Shown in pieces: positions 47,564-59,981 of a stretch of DNA of 64,000 nucleotides. The position numbers and the translations under genes were made by a program. The notes beneath the pieces were generated by a model. That model ran no database searches. It was not told the DNA's origin and worked only from the letters and a program-made list of their open reading frames with translations. Source of the DNA: Malacoraja senta (taxonomy: Eukaryota); the NCBI GenBank assembly GCA_038087875.1, contig CM075989.1, forward strand, positions 22,260,001 to 22,324,000. The letters run 5' to 3'. The first letter of the stretch is position 1, and the number at the start of each line of letters is the position of its first letter.

Positions 47564-48407
47564 TGCATTTGCGTTGATGGCTTAATTCCTCTTAAACAAT
47601 TTGAATCATTATTTTTCTACGTGATGAAAAGCAACCTGATAACTTTCCGTAATTTGTGTTGCAATATTAATTATTTTAAGGTGTCAAATGTTGTTTTAAA
47701 TAAAACAATGATTAATAGCAAATAGTGAGTCCCAATGATATTCCACTTGAGACAATGATATATCATTAATTGTGGTTTAAAAGATTGCTTGGACTCTTTG
47801 TTTCATTTGGTTAGGTGGCCACGTGATAGCGACTTGCAAGCAGTCTTGTGTTTGTCAGCAGCAATTAATTTCATTGATTCTCCCCTCCAATCTTCGATGT
47901 GTCTTTGTGCGTTGAATCTTGCGATTATAAGCCTTCTCTGTTCTACTGCTGTAGAATGTTCAGCCTGTCAGATTATCATGGTGCAGTTGAGCATGTAATT
48001 GCTCAAATGAGTTAAAATCCTTTCAAATGTCTGTCTTTGTATCTCATCGCACTACTTCAGAGTAAAATATTTGACAATTGATGAAGATATATGAAAGAAT
48101 CTTCATTAGCTACCAACCACAGTGACGTATATATATATATATATATATTTTTTTTTCCTTTCAGATCTGAGGCAGTTGCTTTCAGATCTCGTTATCAAGT
48201 CAAGGAGCAGGAACGGAGCTTGGTTAATTTTATGGAAATGGTCAAATGTGTTTAATGTGAATCACCGTTAAATTCCAGAATAACTCACTTCCTTTTTATG
48301 GATGGAGCCAAACACACATTAATAAATAATCTGGCTGCATCCTGGAAATTAACATATTTGGATTAGTGGGTTTCCAGGGAGTCGGTGAGGATCGCTACCT
48401 TTAAATT

Positions 48408-48610
48408 GCAGGAAGGAACTGGGGATGCTGGTTTACACTGAAGACAGACACCAAATGCTGGAGTAACTCAGCGGGTCAGGCAGCATCTCAGTAGAAAAGG
48501 AATAGGTGATGTTTTGGGTCGAGACTCTCCTTCAGTCAGTCTGAAGGAGGGTCTCGACCCGAAACGTCACCTATTCCTTTTCTTCAAAGATGCTGCCTGA
48601 CCAGCTGAGA
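48408..48610. mobile_element. Inverted PLE unit pair
   Basis: Antisense then sense unit. Confidence 0.75.
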
Positions 48611-48895
48611 GACTGCCTTTATGGAGTTCTGTAACATGTGTTTTAGTGCTTGTACACAGACCGGTGAATGTCCTCACTTCACCTCCAGCTGTCCCTCAGT
48701 GTTGGAATCCCAATGGATGTGGAGTGGTGCATAGGCTCACAGATGACAATACACACAGGTGTACAATGGTCCAGCCACGAGTCAAGAGTGTTTTATTGTC
48801 ATGTGTTCCTGTTAGAACAATGACATTCTTACTTGCTGCAACACAACAGAATATGGAAACTTAGTACACTGTAAAGAATATAATAAACAAGAAAA

Positions 48896-49051
48896 ATATA
48901 TACACACACATACATAGACACACACATAGACACATATACATACACATACACAGGTAGACACATACATACACACACACACACATAGATATACACACACACT
49001 CACACACATAGACACATATACATACACACACACACACACAGATAGACACAT

Positions 49052-49122
<71 letters not shown>

Positions 49123-49219
49123 TACATACACACACACAGATAGACACATATACATACACACACACGCACACACACACACACACACACACACGCACGCACG
49201 CACACACACACACACAGAC

Positions 49220-49252
<33 letters not shown>

Positions 49253-49289
49253 TAGATATACACACGCACACACACACACATAGATATAC

Positions 49290-49330
<41 letters not shown>

Positions 49331-49393
49331 CACATACACACACACACACACACACATAGACACATATACATACATGTACGCACACACAGATAG

Positions 49394-49434
<41 letters not shown>

Positions 49435-49467
49435 CACATATACATACACGTACGCACACACAGATAG

Positions 49468-49500
<33 letters not shown>

Positions 49501-49560
49501 TATATTATATGCACATATATATGTACTGTACATATATATATATATATATATATGGATACA
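48896..49560. repeat. Compound (CA)n/(TA)n microsatellite
   Basis: About 660 bp of CA runs punctuated by CATAGA/CATATA units. Confidence 0.95.
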
Positions 49561-49652
49561 CAAACAAAAACAAACAAACAGTATTGCAAAAAGGCAAAAC
49601 CAATGCCCCCAAGTCTATGTAGTTCAGAGCTTATTGGAGGTTGTAATGTTTA

Positions 49653-50153
49653 TTTTTTATTTTTTTATTTCTTTTATTAGAAGTATTTTACATTACAGTA
49701 ATCTGCAATAACGTAAATTTATACAGTTCTTGTACCACTTCTGTTTTTCTACTTTAATAGAAAGAAAGGATAGAAAAAGCTAGCAAAGATAGTCAGTGAG
49801 TGAATGAAAGTGGTCCAGGAACACACATGTGAACCTAAACCACAAGAAGTAGTTAAAGAAGAAAAGAAAAAAAGAGAAACAAAGAAAATAAGATAGGACA
49901 ATATGAAAGGGATGCACCTACTTCTTATCTTTACTCGCCAGGTCCTAAAACCATTTATTATCAACATTTTGTTGCACCCTATGTTTGTAATAAGTCGATA
50001 TATGGAGACCAAATCTTTTGGAATTGGTCTTGTTTACCTGCTAGGAGGAATCTCATATCTTCTAGATGTAACAATTCCGACATATTAGAAGTCCACATTT
50101 TTATTGTTGGTGTAGGAGCATTTTTCCAAAATTTCAGTATCAGTTTTTTTGCC
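49653..50153 (-). mobile_element. L1-clade LINE 3' end with A-rich tail and 17-bp TSD
   Basis: GGAGGTTGTAATGTTTA at 49636-49652 and 50154-50170; minus translation AKKLILKFWKNAPTPTIKMWTSNMSELLHLEDMRFLLAGKQDQFQKIWSPYIDLLQT* resembles fish L1 ORF2 termini. Confidence 0.8.
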
Positions 50154-50395
50154 GGAGGTTGTAATGTTTAATAGCCTATAATGGTTTAATGACTGTAGGG
50201 AAGAAGCTGTTCCGGACGTTACAGTTTTCAGGCTCCTGTACCTTCTCCCTGATGGCAGGAGTGAAATGAGTGTGTGACCAGGGTGGTGTGGGTCTCTGAT
50301 GATGCTAGCTGCCTTTTTGAGGCAACGACTTCTGTAAATCCCTTCGATGTTGGGGAGGTGATAACCGGCGATGGACCGGGCAGTGTTCACCACTA

Positions 50396-50800
50396 TTTCA
50401 ATGTTTCAATGGTTCTTTTTTATTACATGTACCAAGGCAGAACAAAATTCGTTTTTTGCATACAGTTCAGTAAATTATCACCAGACACAAGTACAATCCC
50501 AGATTGAGTACAGAGTGTATAGAATCAGCCCACTGAGGCCATATACAAGAGTCGCCAGGTTTTGGGGCCATTTACCAGTCCCAAGTGGAGTTGGCCATAA
50601 AGTCCCGTTGCAGCCTCCGTCCGGATCGTCCCGTGAACCGTCGTCCCTCTCCTCTCCTCGCCCGGCCCCCTTCAGCCTCCGTGCCCCGGGGAGGGGGGGG
50701 TGCACCTCCCGCAGCCAAGGGAGAGGAGGGTAAGATTCTGCTTCTCCTTACCGGCCCTTTGTTCTTGCGTCCACAGCCATCTCTGACTCGCTCCAGCCTC
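50396..50800 (-). mobile_element. Unclassified GC-rich retroposon fragment
   Basis: Tail TTTCAATGGTTC..TTGCATACAGTTCA..CCACTGAG..CAAGAGTCGCCAGGTTTTGG also seen split around the CR1 at 29674-30225. Confidence 0.45.
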
Positions 50801-51147
50801 CTCTGTTGATGCATCTGCAGCTGGGAGAAAGAATGGCAAATTTAGCCACTCTTCCAGAGTATTTAGTTTTTGATTATTCTCAAAATTTAATCTACCTAAA
50901 GATATGAAATCCCCACGGACAGCACCCCTCCTGTGAACCTTCAATCAATGAGTGAAAAATTCATTAACTAATTAACTGAATATTCTTTAAAGTACATTTT
51001 TGGTTGTTTCTATTGATTAGTAGATTATTGCTGGTATTAATTTGTTCCACTATGCTGATCCTTGCTATGGACAAATTCAATGAAAGTCACACTTCACAAT
51101 TGATCTGTACAATTCCTGACAATAGTTTTGGGTAAAAGAAAAAAAAT

Positions 51148-51545
51148 GACATAAAGTGCTGGAGTAACTCAGCGGGGACAAGGCAGCGTCTCTGGAGAGA
51201 AGGAATGGGTGGATTTTCAGGTCGGGACCCATCTTCAGACTGAGTCAGGGGAGAGAGAGACAGAGATATGGAAGGGTGAGGTGTGAAAGCACAGATCAAA
51301 GAGGACGATGATCAAGGAAATGAGGAATGTTACATTGTTAGCTGAGGGGAAGGTGACAACGAGACGAACAATCAGTAATATTTAATGAGGACGACACTAA
51401 ACTGGTCAGAGAACTAGGTTGGGGGAGGGACACAGAGCGCCGACCCGAACCGAGGGAATCTAAGGGTGACTGAACATGGATAGATGACGTTTCAGGTCGG
51501 GACCCCTCCTCAGTCTGAAGAAGAGCTCCTCCAGTATTTTGTGCT
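51148..51545 (-). mobile_element. PLE pseudo-LTR and 3' UTR fragments
   Basis: Same UTR as 43530-43740. Confidence 0.7.
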
Positions 51546-51809
51546 TTTTTTGCAGTCACACTATAAAAACATTTCCTCCCAAAGACGCGCAGGTTTGCAG
51601 GTTAATTGCTGCTAGTGTGTAGCCAAAGTGGGATAACATAGAATGGGTGATCTATAAATTACACAGACTCGATGGGCTGAAGGGCCTGTTAGCATGCTGT
51701 ATCTTTTAATTCATCGGTCAATCTATCTAATCCATAGATACTTTAAACGGTATTTTGTAGAAGCAATGAAATATAGATGCTGGTTTACAAAGAAGGATGC
51801 AAAGTGTTG

Positions 51810-52118
51810 AGTTTTGTTTGGAGATACAGCGAGGAAACAGGCCCTTTGGCCCACTGAGTCCATACCAACCAGCGATCCTCGCACATTAACACTACCCTAT
51901 ACACAATAGGAACAATTTTCCATTTATACCAAGCCAATTAACCTACAAACCTGTACATCTTTGGAGTGTGGGAGGAAACTGAAGCTCTCGGAGAAAACCC
52001 ACGCAGGTCATGGGGAGAAACGTACAAACTCCGTATAGACAAGCACCGGTGGTCAGGATCGAACTCGGGTCTCTGGCACTGTAAGGCAGTAGCTCTATTG
52101 CTGAGCCATCCTGCCACC
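51810..52118 (-). mobile_element. V-SINE (HE1-like)
   Basis: Full copy. Confidence 0.85.
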
Positions 52119-52516
52119 GAACAGTGCTGGAATAACACAGTGGGTCACGCAGCATCCCTGGAGAACATGGATAGGTAATCCATAAATTAATCCTTCTCGC
52201 TCTTGTGTTTAACTCTTTTCTCTTTAAACACATCTCTTCATTTAGTTCCAATTACTCATTCCAATAGTAAATGTATCACCTAATCATTATCTGGGTGGAA
52301 AAAAAACCTTGAATTTTCCATTACATTCTCCATTATATCCATTAGAGACTGCCTTATCGCCATTGTTTAGACTACCTCCCCTGCTAGTTATAGTTGTGAA
52401 AATTAGATGTAATCAGCCATACACATGGGAAGATGTCTATAGTTCAGAGAATACTCACTGTTTTCTGTAATGTCATCTTTGACCTGTTAAACCTTGGAAT
52501 ACAGCTGCATTCAAAG

Positions 52517-52830
52517 GGACGTCAGGGTGGCGCAGCGGTAGAGTTGCTGCCTTTCAGCGCCAGAGTCCCGGGTTCGATCCTGACTATGGGTGCTGTCTGT
52601 ATGGAGTTTGCACGTTCTCCCCGTGACCTGCGTGGGTTTTCTCCAGGTGCTCCTGTTTCCTCCCACATTCCAAAGACGTGCAGGTTTGTAGGTTAAATGG
52701 CCTCTGCAAATTGTTCCTAGTGTGGATGAGTAAGTGGGATAACACACAACCAGTGTGAACGGGTGATGGATGGTTTGCGTGGACTCAGTTCAGTTTCCAT
52801 ACTGTGTTGTTAAACTAAACTAATTTAAGT
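52517..52830 (+). mobile_element. V-SINE (HE1-like)
   Basis: Full copy. Confidence 0.85.
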
Positions 52831-52895
52831 TAAATCAAATTCAATTAAAACTAAGTTACTTTTTAAAATTTACACATACTCCGATTCCACCTCAG

Positions 52896-53098
52896 GCTTT
52901 TCTCCAGGATCTCCGGTTTCCTCCCACACTCCAAAGACGTACAGGTTTGTAGATTAATTGGATTGATAGAATTGTAAAATTATCCCTGGTGTGTGTAGGA
53001 TAGTGTTAATGTTCAGGAATCGCTGGTCGATGCAGACTCAGTGAGCCGAAGGGCCTGTTTCCGAGCTGTATCTCTAAACAAAACTAAACTAAACTAAA
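52896..53098 (+). mobile_element. V-SINE, 5'-truncated
   Basis: V-domain and tail. Confidence 0.8.
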
Positions 53099-53139
53099 CC
53101 ATCTGTGTGAATAGTCTTCTCAAATCTCTTCTAAGAACA

Positions 53140-53360
53140 TAGAATATAGAACAGATCCTTCGGCCAACAATGTTTGTACCAACATGATGCCTAGGTAAAC
53201 TGATCTGCCTGTTACATGATCCATATCCCTCTATTCCCTGCACTTCCATGTGCCTGTCTAAATGTTTCTTAAAAGCCACTATCATAGCTGCCTCCACCAC
53301 CACCACTGGCAACGCGTTCCAGTCCCCAACCACTCTCTGTATAAAAATACCCGCCCCGCA
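53140..53360 (-). mobile_element. CR1 3' fragment
   Basis: VGDWNALPVVVVEAAMIVAFKKHLDRHM. Confidence 0.8.
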
Positions 53361-53361
53361 T

Positions 53362-53527
53362 GTTTAGTTTAGTTTAGATTAGAGATACATTGCGGAAACA
53401 GGCCCTTCAGTCCACTGAGTCCACGCCGACCAGCGATCTCCACATATTAACACTATCCTACACACGCAATGGGCAATTTTTTACATTTACCAAGCCAATT
53501 TACCTACATACCTGTACATCTTTGGAG
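53362..53527 (-). mobile_element. V-SINE, 5'-truncated
   Basis: Tail and part of the V-domain. Confidence 0.75.
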
Positions 53528-54132
53528 GACATCTCCATTAAATGTTTCCCTTACCTTATAGCTATGACCTTCAATCTTTTTCTCTCTCATTTATAAATAG
53601 ATCTGTGGCTTCGAGTTAGTAGAAACAATGCTAGGGTTTCGTATCTCCCACATCCACCATCCTGCAACATTATTGGGTGAGATTGCAGATTGATGCTACA
53701 TGGGTCAGTATTGTTCTGTGGGTCACAGGGAACTAGACCAGAGGTTGGTTGATCTAACCAACACTTAATGTGGAACCCCTGGCAGGCTATAGATAGAGAT
53801 AACTCTTGGCTGATCAGAGCAATATTGGCAGCAATAACACCCTTGTAGAGGGATGTGGACCAAACGCAAGCAGGTGGGACTAGTGTAGATGGGACATGTT
53901 GGCTGTTGTGGGCAAGTTGGGCCAAAGGTGTATGACTCTATGACTCTTGTGAAGAGCAGCTTCATCCAAGCTAACTTTTCTTAATCTGAAGAAAGACCCC
54001 GACCCGAAACATGACCTTTCCATGTTTTCCAGAGTTGCTGCCTGACCTGCAGAATCCCTCCAACACTCGTGTTCTTTTTTCTTTATCTGCGGTGTTTCTT
54101 TTGGAAGTGGTATAATTTTAAGTCTCTAAAAG

Positions 54133-54439
54133 GGGATGTAGTGGCGCAGCGGTAGATTTGCTGCCTTACAGCGCCAGTGACACAGGTTCGATCCTGACTA
54201 CGGGTGCTGTCCGAAAGAAGTTTGTCCGTTCTGCCTGTGACCGAGTGGGTTTCCTCCAGGAGTTCTGGATTCCCCCCCACATCCCAAAGGCAATCAGGTT
54301 TGCAGGTTAATTGCTTTCAGTAAAAATTGTAAATTGTCCCCAGTGTGTGTTGGATAGCGTTCGTGTGCGGGGATCGCTGGTCGGCGTGGACTCGGTGGGC
54401 CGATGGGCCTGCTTCCGCGCTGTATCTCTAAACTAAACT
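54133..54439 (+). mobile_element. V-SINE (HE1-like)
   Basis: Full copy. Confidence 0.85.
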
Positions 54440-55089
54440 GTGCAAAAAATAACCCATATTATATCAAAAGGAAAAATGGACTGCTGTTCCTGCCCACAGT
54501 CTGATGTGCGCATCATTAGACAGTCTCGGCCTTTGAAATATACATCAAAACTCTTCACATTTTCTGTTGTTGACTAAATACAAAATGCTGCCTTGAAATA
54601 AACCAATTAGATGGTGTGGGGACAAGAGAGCACACCCTTCGTGGCTATGAGTTACAAGTCCTGCATTAATCAACTGTTTTATTTTTCACTCACCCGGATC
54701 ACCTAAGTGTTTTCCTTTATAACACATTTAGTATATTTAATGTAGTTTAACAGCAAATTAACCCAATTTAAGCCCTTTCGAACAACTGCAGAGGTAAATG
54801 TTAAACAAGGACTTATTTGAAAGCAAAAACAGCAGTGTGATAGACATCGCTTCAGGCCACCTAACCTGTCCGTCAACCAAGACTTCAATTGCAGACTAGG
54901 GATACAGAAAGCAAAGAGAACCATCCCAGGGAGTGGCATTAAAAATGGGCAATGGGCTCGGCAAGGAGAGTGGAAGTGTCGCGTGGAGAGAGAGGGAGGA
55001 AAGATGGTATCGTGCGTGAATTTGTGGCTGTGCAAGATAGGAGAAAAATTGAAAGGCAGGACAGAAGGGTGAAGACGCCGACACGAATT

Positions 55090-55530
55090 CAGCGCAAAGC
55101 GTTCGAAATTCTCCAGCTGCCACTCTTTAATTTGCCACCGCTCTAATTAAAATGCAAATTAAAATTATAATTAGCGGCAGCCGTATCTCAGGAAACCTTC
55201 TCACATCTCCTGCAAGCGACACACAGAGTGGGTGGACAAAGGTGAAGGGAAGTTTTTTGAAAGTTGTGCTTTGTAGGGGAAGCGTCATGCCTGATTTAAC
55301 CTGTGCAAGGGGGAGAGATGGGTCAGTCCTTGATAAAGAGGTTCTTGAATATGAACGAGCTGTCAGGGGCTTCACATTCTGTGGCGATGGGTGCGAAAGG
55401 TCTTCTTAAATGTCATCACTTTTGCTTCCAGGGGTCCAAAGGTGGCACAGGAGGTCAGAGGGTCTTATCAAAAGACCCTGGATGACACATTAGCTTCTAA
55501 TTACTTTGTCATTCATTTAAAGTTTGACTG
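55090..55530. promoter_or_regulatory. Candidate conserved non-coding element/enhancer
   Basis: TAATTA-ATGCAAAT-TAATTA cluster at 55144-55173 in a repeat-free island of about 1.2 kb. Confidence 0.45.
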
Positions 55531-55748
55531 AACACCATTAGTTTTGCTCTGCACCCAAACATATATTGTTCGAGTTTAAAAAAAAAACACACAAATTTTT
55601 TGCCTCAGGTTTACGCCACTCATTGAAATAAAAATCAATTGATTATTACTTTGCTTATTTTAGTTTGTCATCATTTGCTATGGCCATCTTTCTTAGGCAC
55701 TTTTTACATTTGTGGCAGAAACTCAATATGGTCTACGAGCAAAATATG

Positions 55749-56061
55749 GTTTAGTTCAGAGATACTGCGCGTAAGCAGGCCCTTCGTCCCACTGAGTCCG
55801 CACCGACCAACGATCCTCCCACATTAACACTATCCTACACACACTAGGGACAATTTACACACTTATACCACAATTAACCTACAAACCTGTACGTCTTTGG
55901 AGTGTGGGAGGAAACCGAAGATCACGGAGAAACTCACACGGTCACGGGGAGAACGTGCAAACTCCATACAGACAGCACCCGTAGTCGGGATCGAACCCGG
56001 CTCTCTGGCGATGTAAGCACTGTAAGGCTGCAACTCTACTGCTGTGCCACCGTGACCGCCC
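55749..56061 (-). mobile_element. V-SINE (HE1-like)
   Basis: Full copy. Confidence 0.85.
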
Positions 56062-56479
56062 ACAATGGTCTATGAACAAAATGTAAAGCTAGAGTTCATG
56101 CCAGGGGAATAAACAGGAAACGTACCTCAAATTGTGCTTGAAATTGAAGTGATTAGGTTATAGTTCAAGCTTCAGCTAAAATTAATTTACATAATTACAA
56201 ACATAATACCCTTTCAGTGTGGCTGGATGGTGTAGCAGTACAAAATTATTTATTTATTTTCAGTAGATTCCATTTCTCGCTAAAGTTAAGAATGTTAAAG
56301 CAGGCATGATATAAACCCAGAGTCCAACTTTCATAGAAACCTTCCTTTCACCATTGTCCAGTTTTGGTAAGATATCTGCAAATAATTTTATGACAAAACA
56401 TATATTTTTAATGAATATAATTCCCTCCAAACATGAATAACATAACTTTAATCACTAGAAATTACTTATTAATTTAGTT

Positions 56480-56970
56480 TTGTTTATTTAGTTAAGTATT
56501 AGTTAAGTTTATTATTGCCATGTGTACCGAGGTACAGTGAAAAGCTTTTTTGTTGCTGGCCAACCAGTCTGCGGAAAGACAATACATGATTCCAATCAAG
56601 CCGTCCACTGTGTACAGATACAGGATAATGGGTAAGTCGTTTAGTGCAAGATAAAGTCTGATAAATTCCAATTAGAGACAGTTCAAAGGTCTCCAATGAG
56701 GTAGATGGGAGGTCAGGACAGCACGAGTTGGTGAGAGGATGGTTTGGTTGCTTGATAATAACTGGGAAGAAACTGTCTGAATCTGGAGGTATATATTTTC
56801 AAACTTCTGTACCTCTTCCCTGAGAGAGTAACTGGGGTGAGACTCATCCTTGATTATGCTCGTGGCTCTGCCAAGGTAGCTTGAAGTGCAGATGGAGTTT
56901 TCAATAGAAGTGAGGTCGGTTTGTGTGATGGTCTGGGCTGCGTCCACAACTCTCTGGATGGAGCTGTTCC
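56480..56970 (-). mobile_element. Rex1/Babar 3' fragment
   Basis: DAAQTITQTDLTSIENSICTSSYLGRATSIIKDESHPSY plus UTR. Confidence 0.75.
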
Positions 56971-57047
56971 CATTTCATGGTACGGCAAAAGAAAACTGTT
57001 CTTGATAAATTTATGGATGTAATTCTTGCCAACTGGTTTGTAAAGTA

Positions 57048-57519
57048 GAATCATAGAGATATAGAGTCATGGAAACAGGGTAATTGTCCCAATTCATCCA
57101 TGACGACCACAATGTCCCATCTAAGCAACTCCTATTTACTTGGGTTTGGCCTCTGTCCCTCTAACCTTTTCCAATCCATACAACCTGTCTTTTAGATATT
57201 ATTATTGTACCTGCCTTAACTAAATCCGCTGGCAGCTCGTTCCATTCTCAGTGTTGCCCCTTGGGTTCATATTATGTCTTACCCCTCTCAACTTAAACCT
57301 ATGTCCTCTGGTTACAATACAATATACAATACAATAAGGTTTTATTCGTCACATTGCACTTAAAGTGCAAGTGAAATGAAATTTTCATTCCTTCATTCCT
57401 CTATCCTGGATCTTCATTCCTCTATCCTGGGGGGAAAAAAATGTCCATTTACATTATCTATGCCACTCATGATTTTATACACCTCTTTAAGATCATTCCT
57501 CAGACTCCTGTGCTCCAAG

Positions 57520-57551
<32 letters not shown>

Positions 57552-57722
57552 GATTTTATTTATATAGCGCTTTTCAGTCCAGCTTACCCAACTTCTCTGT
57601 ATAACAGGCCTTTGAATCCTGGCACATCCTGGCAACACCCTCGTAAATCTTATCTGCGCACTTTCCAGTTTACGGACACCTTTCCTATAGTAGGTTATCC
57701 AAAACTGAACACACTACTCCAA
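57048..57722 (-). mobile_element. Decayed CR1 3' fragment with small nested tails
   Basis: SLEHRSLRNDLKEVYKIMSGID; (TAA)n L2-like tail insert at about 57521-57575. Confidence 0.7.
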
Positions 57723-58030
57723 GTTTAGTTTAGCTTAGAGATACAGCGCGGAAACGGGCCCTTCAGCCCACCGGGTCCACGCCAACCAGCGATCCTCGCA
57801 CATTAACACTACACACACTAGGGACAATGTTTACATTTACTAAGCCAATTTACCTACATACCTGTACTTATTGGAAGTGCGAGAGGAAACCGAAGATCTC
57901 GGAGAAAATCCACGCAGGTCACAGGGAGAACGTACAAACTCCGTACAGACAGCACCCGTAGTCAGGATCGTACCTAGGTCTCCTGCGCTGGAAGTGCTGT
58001 AAGGCAGCAACTCCACAGCTGCACCACCAT
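57723..58030 (-). mobile_element. V-SINE (HE1-like)
   Basis: Full copy. Confidence 0.85.
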
Positions 58031-58828
58031 AGTTAATTTTTTTTAAAGCAAAAAATAATCATCTTGGTTATTCAATCCTAGAACACAAGCTCAATTTGGA
58101 GAACATTTTCAAAAGGATACATTACGAGCAAGGATGTGTCGACTTCTATGGGTGGGATCTGCTTTGGGTAAAAGAAAACAAGCCCAAATCTTGGGAGATG
58201 TGAAACTACAGTACTATTTGTGCTGAGATATTATTTCTATCATGTTCAATGTTGTTAATTATTCATGTACCTTTAGTTAACTTTTGCTTTAAAATACTTG
58301 TTACTTTTCCTATTTAATTACCTCAATTTTAATTTTATTCTTCTAAATCCAGCTGAAAATCATAGTTGATGATACCGTGAGAATAGCAACTGTTGCGAGT
58401 TGGAATATTGGAAACAGCTATTTACCGTGAGAATGTCTGTATTTAAGTGACAACAAACTATAAGGAGTTTTGGTAATTTATTACCAAATCACAACATTTG
58501 CGAATAAACCAACATTCATTAACCAACAACATTAATGAAACAATTTCAAAGATGGATAAAATCTTTTAAAAAGATAGACCGTGTTGGAAATGATAAAAGG
58601 TGTGGGGAACCTGTAATCTTTCTCATCTATCCTGGGAAATTACTACCAATTCCAACATGCCTTTCCTGAGATGTGGTTTTAGTGCCCAATATTTAAACAT
58701 CTACAGGCCTGTACATGAGTTCCATCCCTTTGAATTCCATCTTTGTAAAGAAAAAGTTAAATGTCAATCTTTGATGAGATTCTGAAGAAGGGTCTCGAAC
58801 CGAAACGTCACCCATTCCTTCTCTTGAA

Positions 58829-59028
58829 ACATATAAGATTGTTATGGGTTTGGATACGCTAGAGGCAGGAAACATGTTCCCGATGTTGGGGGAGTCCAGA
58901 ACCAGGGGCCACAGTTTAAGAACAAGGAGTAAGCCATTTAGAACGGAGACGAGGAAACACTTTTTCTCACAGAGAGTGGTGAGTCTGTGGAATTCTCTGC
59001 CTCAGAGGGCGGTGGAGGCCGGTTCTCT
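58829..59028 (+). mobile_element. CR1 ORF2 fragment (family C)
   Basis: GLDTLEAGNMFPMLGESRTRGHSLR...NSLPQRAVEAGSL. Confidence 0.85.
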
Positions 59029-59670
59029 GACTGTGTGGCACAGTGGTGCAGTTGGTGGAGCTGCTGCCTCACAGCTCCAAAGATAAAAGTTTAACCCTGA
59101 CCAGCAGTCATAGAAAAATAGAAAATAGGTGCAGGAGTAGGCCATTTGGCCTTTCGAGCCACCACCGCCATTCAATATGATCATGGCTGATCATCCAAAA
59201 TCATCACCCCGTTCCTGCTTTCTCCCCATATCCCTCACAGTCCTGCTGTATGGAATTTGCACATTCTCCCAGTGACTGGATCGATTGCTGCTCTGGTTTC
59301 CTCCTCCATCCTAACGACATCTGCTTTGGTAAGTTAATTGGCCTCTGCTAATTGCCTCTAGAGTAGAATTACATAATTGAATCTAAAGGTGGTTGTTGGG
59401 AATATGTGGAGAATAAGATGAGACTAATGTAAATGAATGCTTGAGGGTCAGCATGACTTGATGGGCTGAAAGGCCTGTTTCTGTCCTGCATGACTCAGCA
59501 ATTCTCATTGCCAATCCGATTAGCATTCAAGGTCATCAGTGCTTGCGTCTCCAGTGTAATTGTTGAATATATGTGCCAATGTACAGTGTAATTTACATTT
59601 TAAATACGACTACATATTAATACCTGACATTGGGCAAGTTTTAATATGAGTATATTTGTGTCATATGTAT

Positions 59671-59981
59671 GGCCGGCATGGTGGAGCAGCGGTAGAGTTG
59701 CTGCCTTACAATGCCAGAGACCTGGGTTCGATCCTGACCACGGGTGCTGTCTGGACGGAGTTTACACGTTCCCCCCGTGACCTGGGTGGGTTTTCTCCGG
59801 GTGCTCCGGTTTCCTCCCACACTCCAAAGACGTGCAGGTTTATAGGTTCATTGTCCTCGGTTAAATTGTAAATTGTCCCTCGTGTGTGTGGGATAGTGTT
59901 AGTGTGCGGGGATCGCTGGTCGGCGCGGACCCATTGGGCCGAAGGTGCCTGTTTCCGTACAGTATTTTGAAACTAAACTAA
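59671..59981 (+). mobile_element. V-SINE (HE1-like)
   Basis: Full copy. Confidence 0.85.

Larger units (their letters stand above)
48778..50395 (-). mobile_element. Rex1/Babar 3' fragment hosting a microsatellite and an L1 insert
   Basis: VNTARSIAGYHLPNIEGIYRSRCLKKAASIIRDPHHPGHTLISLLPSGRRYRSLKT; UTR and tail end at about 48778. Confidence 0.85.

Noticed and set aside
48149..48225. Strong-looking splice acceptor TTTTTTCCTTTCAG
   Set aside because: The pyrimidine run abuts a (TA)n repeat, and no good donor or recognisable peptide follows.
48812..49589. Long Cys/Val-rich ORFs (187-242 aa)
   Set aside because: Translations of the (CA)n microsatellite.
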